Position numbers and translations under genes: made by a program. From an uncultured Phycisphaeraceae bacterium (GTDB taxonomy: Bacteria; Planctomycetota; Phycisphaerae; WQYP01): a stretch of 64,000 bases of DNA. The notes beneath the pieces were generated by a model. That model saw only the letters and a program-made list of their open reading frames with translations, was not told where the DNA came from and did not search any database. This document shows positions 62,482 through 64,000 of this stretch, piece after piece (positions within the stretch are counted from its first letter, which is position 1; each line of letters begins with the position of its first letter). Where the stretch lies: assembly GCA_964610975.1 (NCBI GenBank), contig CAZSYN010000003.1, forward strand, positions 195,955 to 259,954, in the 5' to 3' direction.

Positions 62482-62871
62482 GTGCAGAGTATAGAGTATA
62501 GAAGGCCTAAGCGTATTCGAGTTACTAACAACAATCTGTTAATAGCTGCTGGAGCAACAAGTGCTATCGCCGTATTAATTAATTGCGTACCACAAAACTA
62601 TCTGTTGGTGGATATAATTTTTGGCAAGTTCGATTTGTACTCTTTGTACATATTCTATGCTTGTGTTCGACTGATACCTCCGTTTTTCGCAGTAATCTTA
62701 AGTCTTGCTTCTCTTTTTTGGCATGTCGGAACTAATCCGGATGCTAAGCACAAACGAAGACTCGGGTTGTTGTATCTTTTTTTGTCTTTGTTAGCGTATG
62801 TTATTCGTTGGAATGAATTGCCTCGTCTACTGCATATCTTGTATGTCACAATATCCTGGATGATACGATAG
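62482..62871 (+). CDS. Small 3-TM membrane protein, immunity-protein candidate 1
   Basis: 129 aa with three hydrophobic helices. It is a paralog of 63158..63556 with the same architecture (PDAKHKRRLGLLYLF versus KDEKHKKMLALTFIIF). It lies directly downstream of the toxin-like C-terminal domain. Confidence 0.6.
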   Translation: MQSIEYRRPKRIRVTNNNLLIAAGATSAIAVLINCVPQNYLLVDIIFGKFDLYSLYIFYACVRLIPPFFAVILSLASLFWHVGTNPDAKHKRRLGLLYLFLSLLAYVIRWNELPRLLHILYVTISWMIR

Positions 62872-62872
62872 T

Positions 62873-63145
62873 CCAGATCTTGACCAGACGCATCATTTTG
62901 CTGGTTATTTTCAATTTGGAGCGAATCACGGAAATAGTAATATTGCATTGAAAGTCGCTTTAAAGAAAACAAATGATTATCCTTCGTTAAATAATTTAGG
63001 AGACTATTGTTTGGGAATTTTGGCCGCTGATCTTGGTGCTATGTATAAAACTCATCCAGGATATTACGGAGCAGAGATCGCGAGACTATTGAAGTTATCG
63101 TATTCTGATGCTTGTAAAGTAACTGGAAGAACTATTAATCCTTAA
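62873..63145 (+). pseudogene. Orphan 3' fragment of a second toxin C-terminal domain
   Basis: My translation PDLDQTHHFAGYFQFGANHG...GDYCLGILAADLGAMYKTHPGYYGAEIARLLK aligns with PAEDQTHHFAAYFQIGSFFG...GDYFLGLLAADLGHMWNSHPGYIGATVTSLLK at the end of 61835..62323. The homologous frame opens only at 62864, right at the stop of the preceding gene. It has no plausible start or RBS. Confidence 0.7.
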
Positions 63146-63157
63146 TGGGTATAATAA

Positions 63158-63556
63158 GTGTCTATGCTTGAATATCACAATATAAAGAGTGTGCAACTTA
63201 CGACAAGTAAATGGTTGATGATCGCATCTCTAACAAGTGTAACGGCATTTGCAACTAGTTGCTTGCCGGGAGATGTTTTAATGATCTATTGCTTTGGCTT
63301 TTTTAATCTTGGGATCATACTCACTCTATGGGTTTGTTCAAGATTATTTATGCCACCAATTGCACTCTTGTTAACTCTCATTGCCTATATAAGAATACGT
63401 CGTTTTAAAGATGAAAAACACAAAAAAATGTTAGCTCTTACTTTCATTATTTTTTCTATAATGGCCTGTTTATTTTCATTGAGAGAGATACCAGATGCCG
63501 TAAGATCTGCAGGTGGGTTATTTCATGATTTAATTAATGGCAATTTTTGGCGCTAA
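63158..63556 (+). CDS. Small 3-TM membrane protein, immunity-protein candidate 2
   Basis: 132 aa, a paralog of 62482..62871. It follows the orphan toxin fragment after a 12-nt spacer. Confidence 0.6.
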   Translation: MSMLEYHNIKSVQLTTSKWLMIASLTSVTAFATSCLPGDVLMIYCFGFFNLGIILTLWVCSRLFMPPIALLLTLIAYIRIRRFKDEKHKKMLALTFIIFSIMACLFSLREIPDAVRSAGGLFHDLINGNFWR

Positions 63557-63664
63557 ATCGTCCTATACAAAAACTCTTGCCCAGGGAAAATGGCCGTGCA
63601 GATTGAAGGAAAACAGGATAGCATAGCCGAAATGATGTCATCAAAATACGACTTGTCTGATTGA

Positions 63665-64000
63665 GATAATACCATAGAGGAGACATCGGGCAAGATCATT
63701 CAGGCCAACGATAACGACCGCGATGGCAATAAGATTCTGGATTACGCACAGGGGTATAAAAAGACGGTCGACGAGACGGGAGCCTTTACGAACGTGGCCA
63801 GCGGTGTAACCTTCACGCCCATCACGATCACGATACCAGAGGGTGTGGATATCAGCACGGCCAAGATATCGTTGACCTATGACGCATCCGATCCGTCGGC
63901 ACTGATACGCAGCGGAGATGGTACGGCCGAGAATCCGTATATCACGCAGTTGCCGTCAGGATCGCTGCGGATATGGACCAAGGATGGAATGTCCTTCGAG
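63665..64000 (+). CDS. Partial gene for a large surface/toxin-family protein (continues beyond the window)
   Basis: My translation DNTIEETSGKIIQANDNDRDGNKILDYAQGYKK...TPITITIPEGVDISTAKISLTYDASDP...NPYITQLPSGSLRIWTKDGMSFE stays open to the window end. The start is unclear: an in-frame ATG at 63590 is separated from this frame by a TGA at 63662-63664. GC content returns to the host level here. Confidence 0.5.

Noticed and set aside
63662-63664. The in-frame TGA considered as selenocysteine or as genetic-code reassignment.
   Set aside because: Several confident genes in the window end in TGA, including queA at 9769-9771 and the M50 fusion at 15798-15800, so TGA is a normal stop here. No SECIS-like hairpin is evident immediately downstream.

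Overview
This is a 64-kb bacterial chromosomal segment of moderately high GC. Most of it is housekeeping genes scattered singly or in short units rather than in classical operons: queA, apt, polA, trpE, ribF, scpB, mltA-like, sod, tsaE, accB/accC, ispA-like, rfbD-like, nuoH, hisF, and a lone fliM. A giant beta-helix-like repeat protein with an N-terminal LEPR-type motif, together with the scattered nuoH and fliM, suggests a PVC-superphylum (Planctomycetota-like) host. That taxonomic call is inference only.

The accessory or unusual content, in order of interest:
1. A divergent four-gene cluster at 11.0-17.8 kb encodes a GAF-HlyD protein, a second HlyD adaptor, an RRE-like/M50-protease/HlyD fusion, and a C-terminally truncated SecA-like ATPase. 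It sits beside the roughly 2,500-aa LEPR-motif protein.
2. A 1.7-kb AT-rich islet at 43.3-45.0 kb holds an overlapping ABC/OLD-type ATPase gene and a small acidic TOPRIM/DUF4276-like gene. This is a candidate two-gene defence module.
3. An AT-rich polymorphic-toxin-like cassette at 61.0-63.6 kb consists of a 5'-truncated, frameshifted toxin C-terminal domain, a 3-TM immunity-like gene, a displaced orphan C-terminal fragment, and a second immunity paralog. It lies immediately downstream of a RAYT/IS200-like gene that carries a REP-like hairpin.
4. A BrnT/BrnA toxin-antitoxin pair.
5. Several families of structured intergenic repeats. One is a 4.5-copy 158-bp tandem array after polA. Two inverted roughly 153-bp relatives of that array flank sod-tsaE. 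Two roughly 165-170-nt elements with co-varying stems flank trpE. There are also long word-like hairpin terminators.
6. comEC is split by a single-base frameshift in an A8/T8 tract.

No rRNA, tRNA or CRISPR array was recognised. All protein-family calls come from motif recognition by eye, not from database searches.
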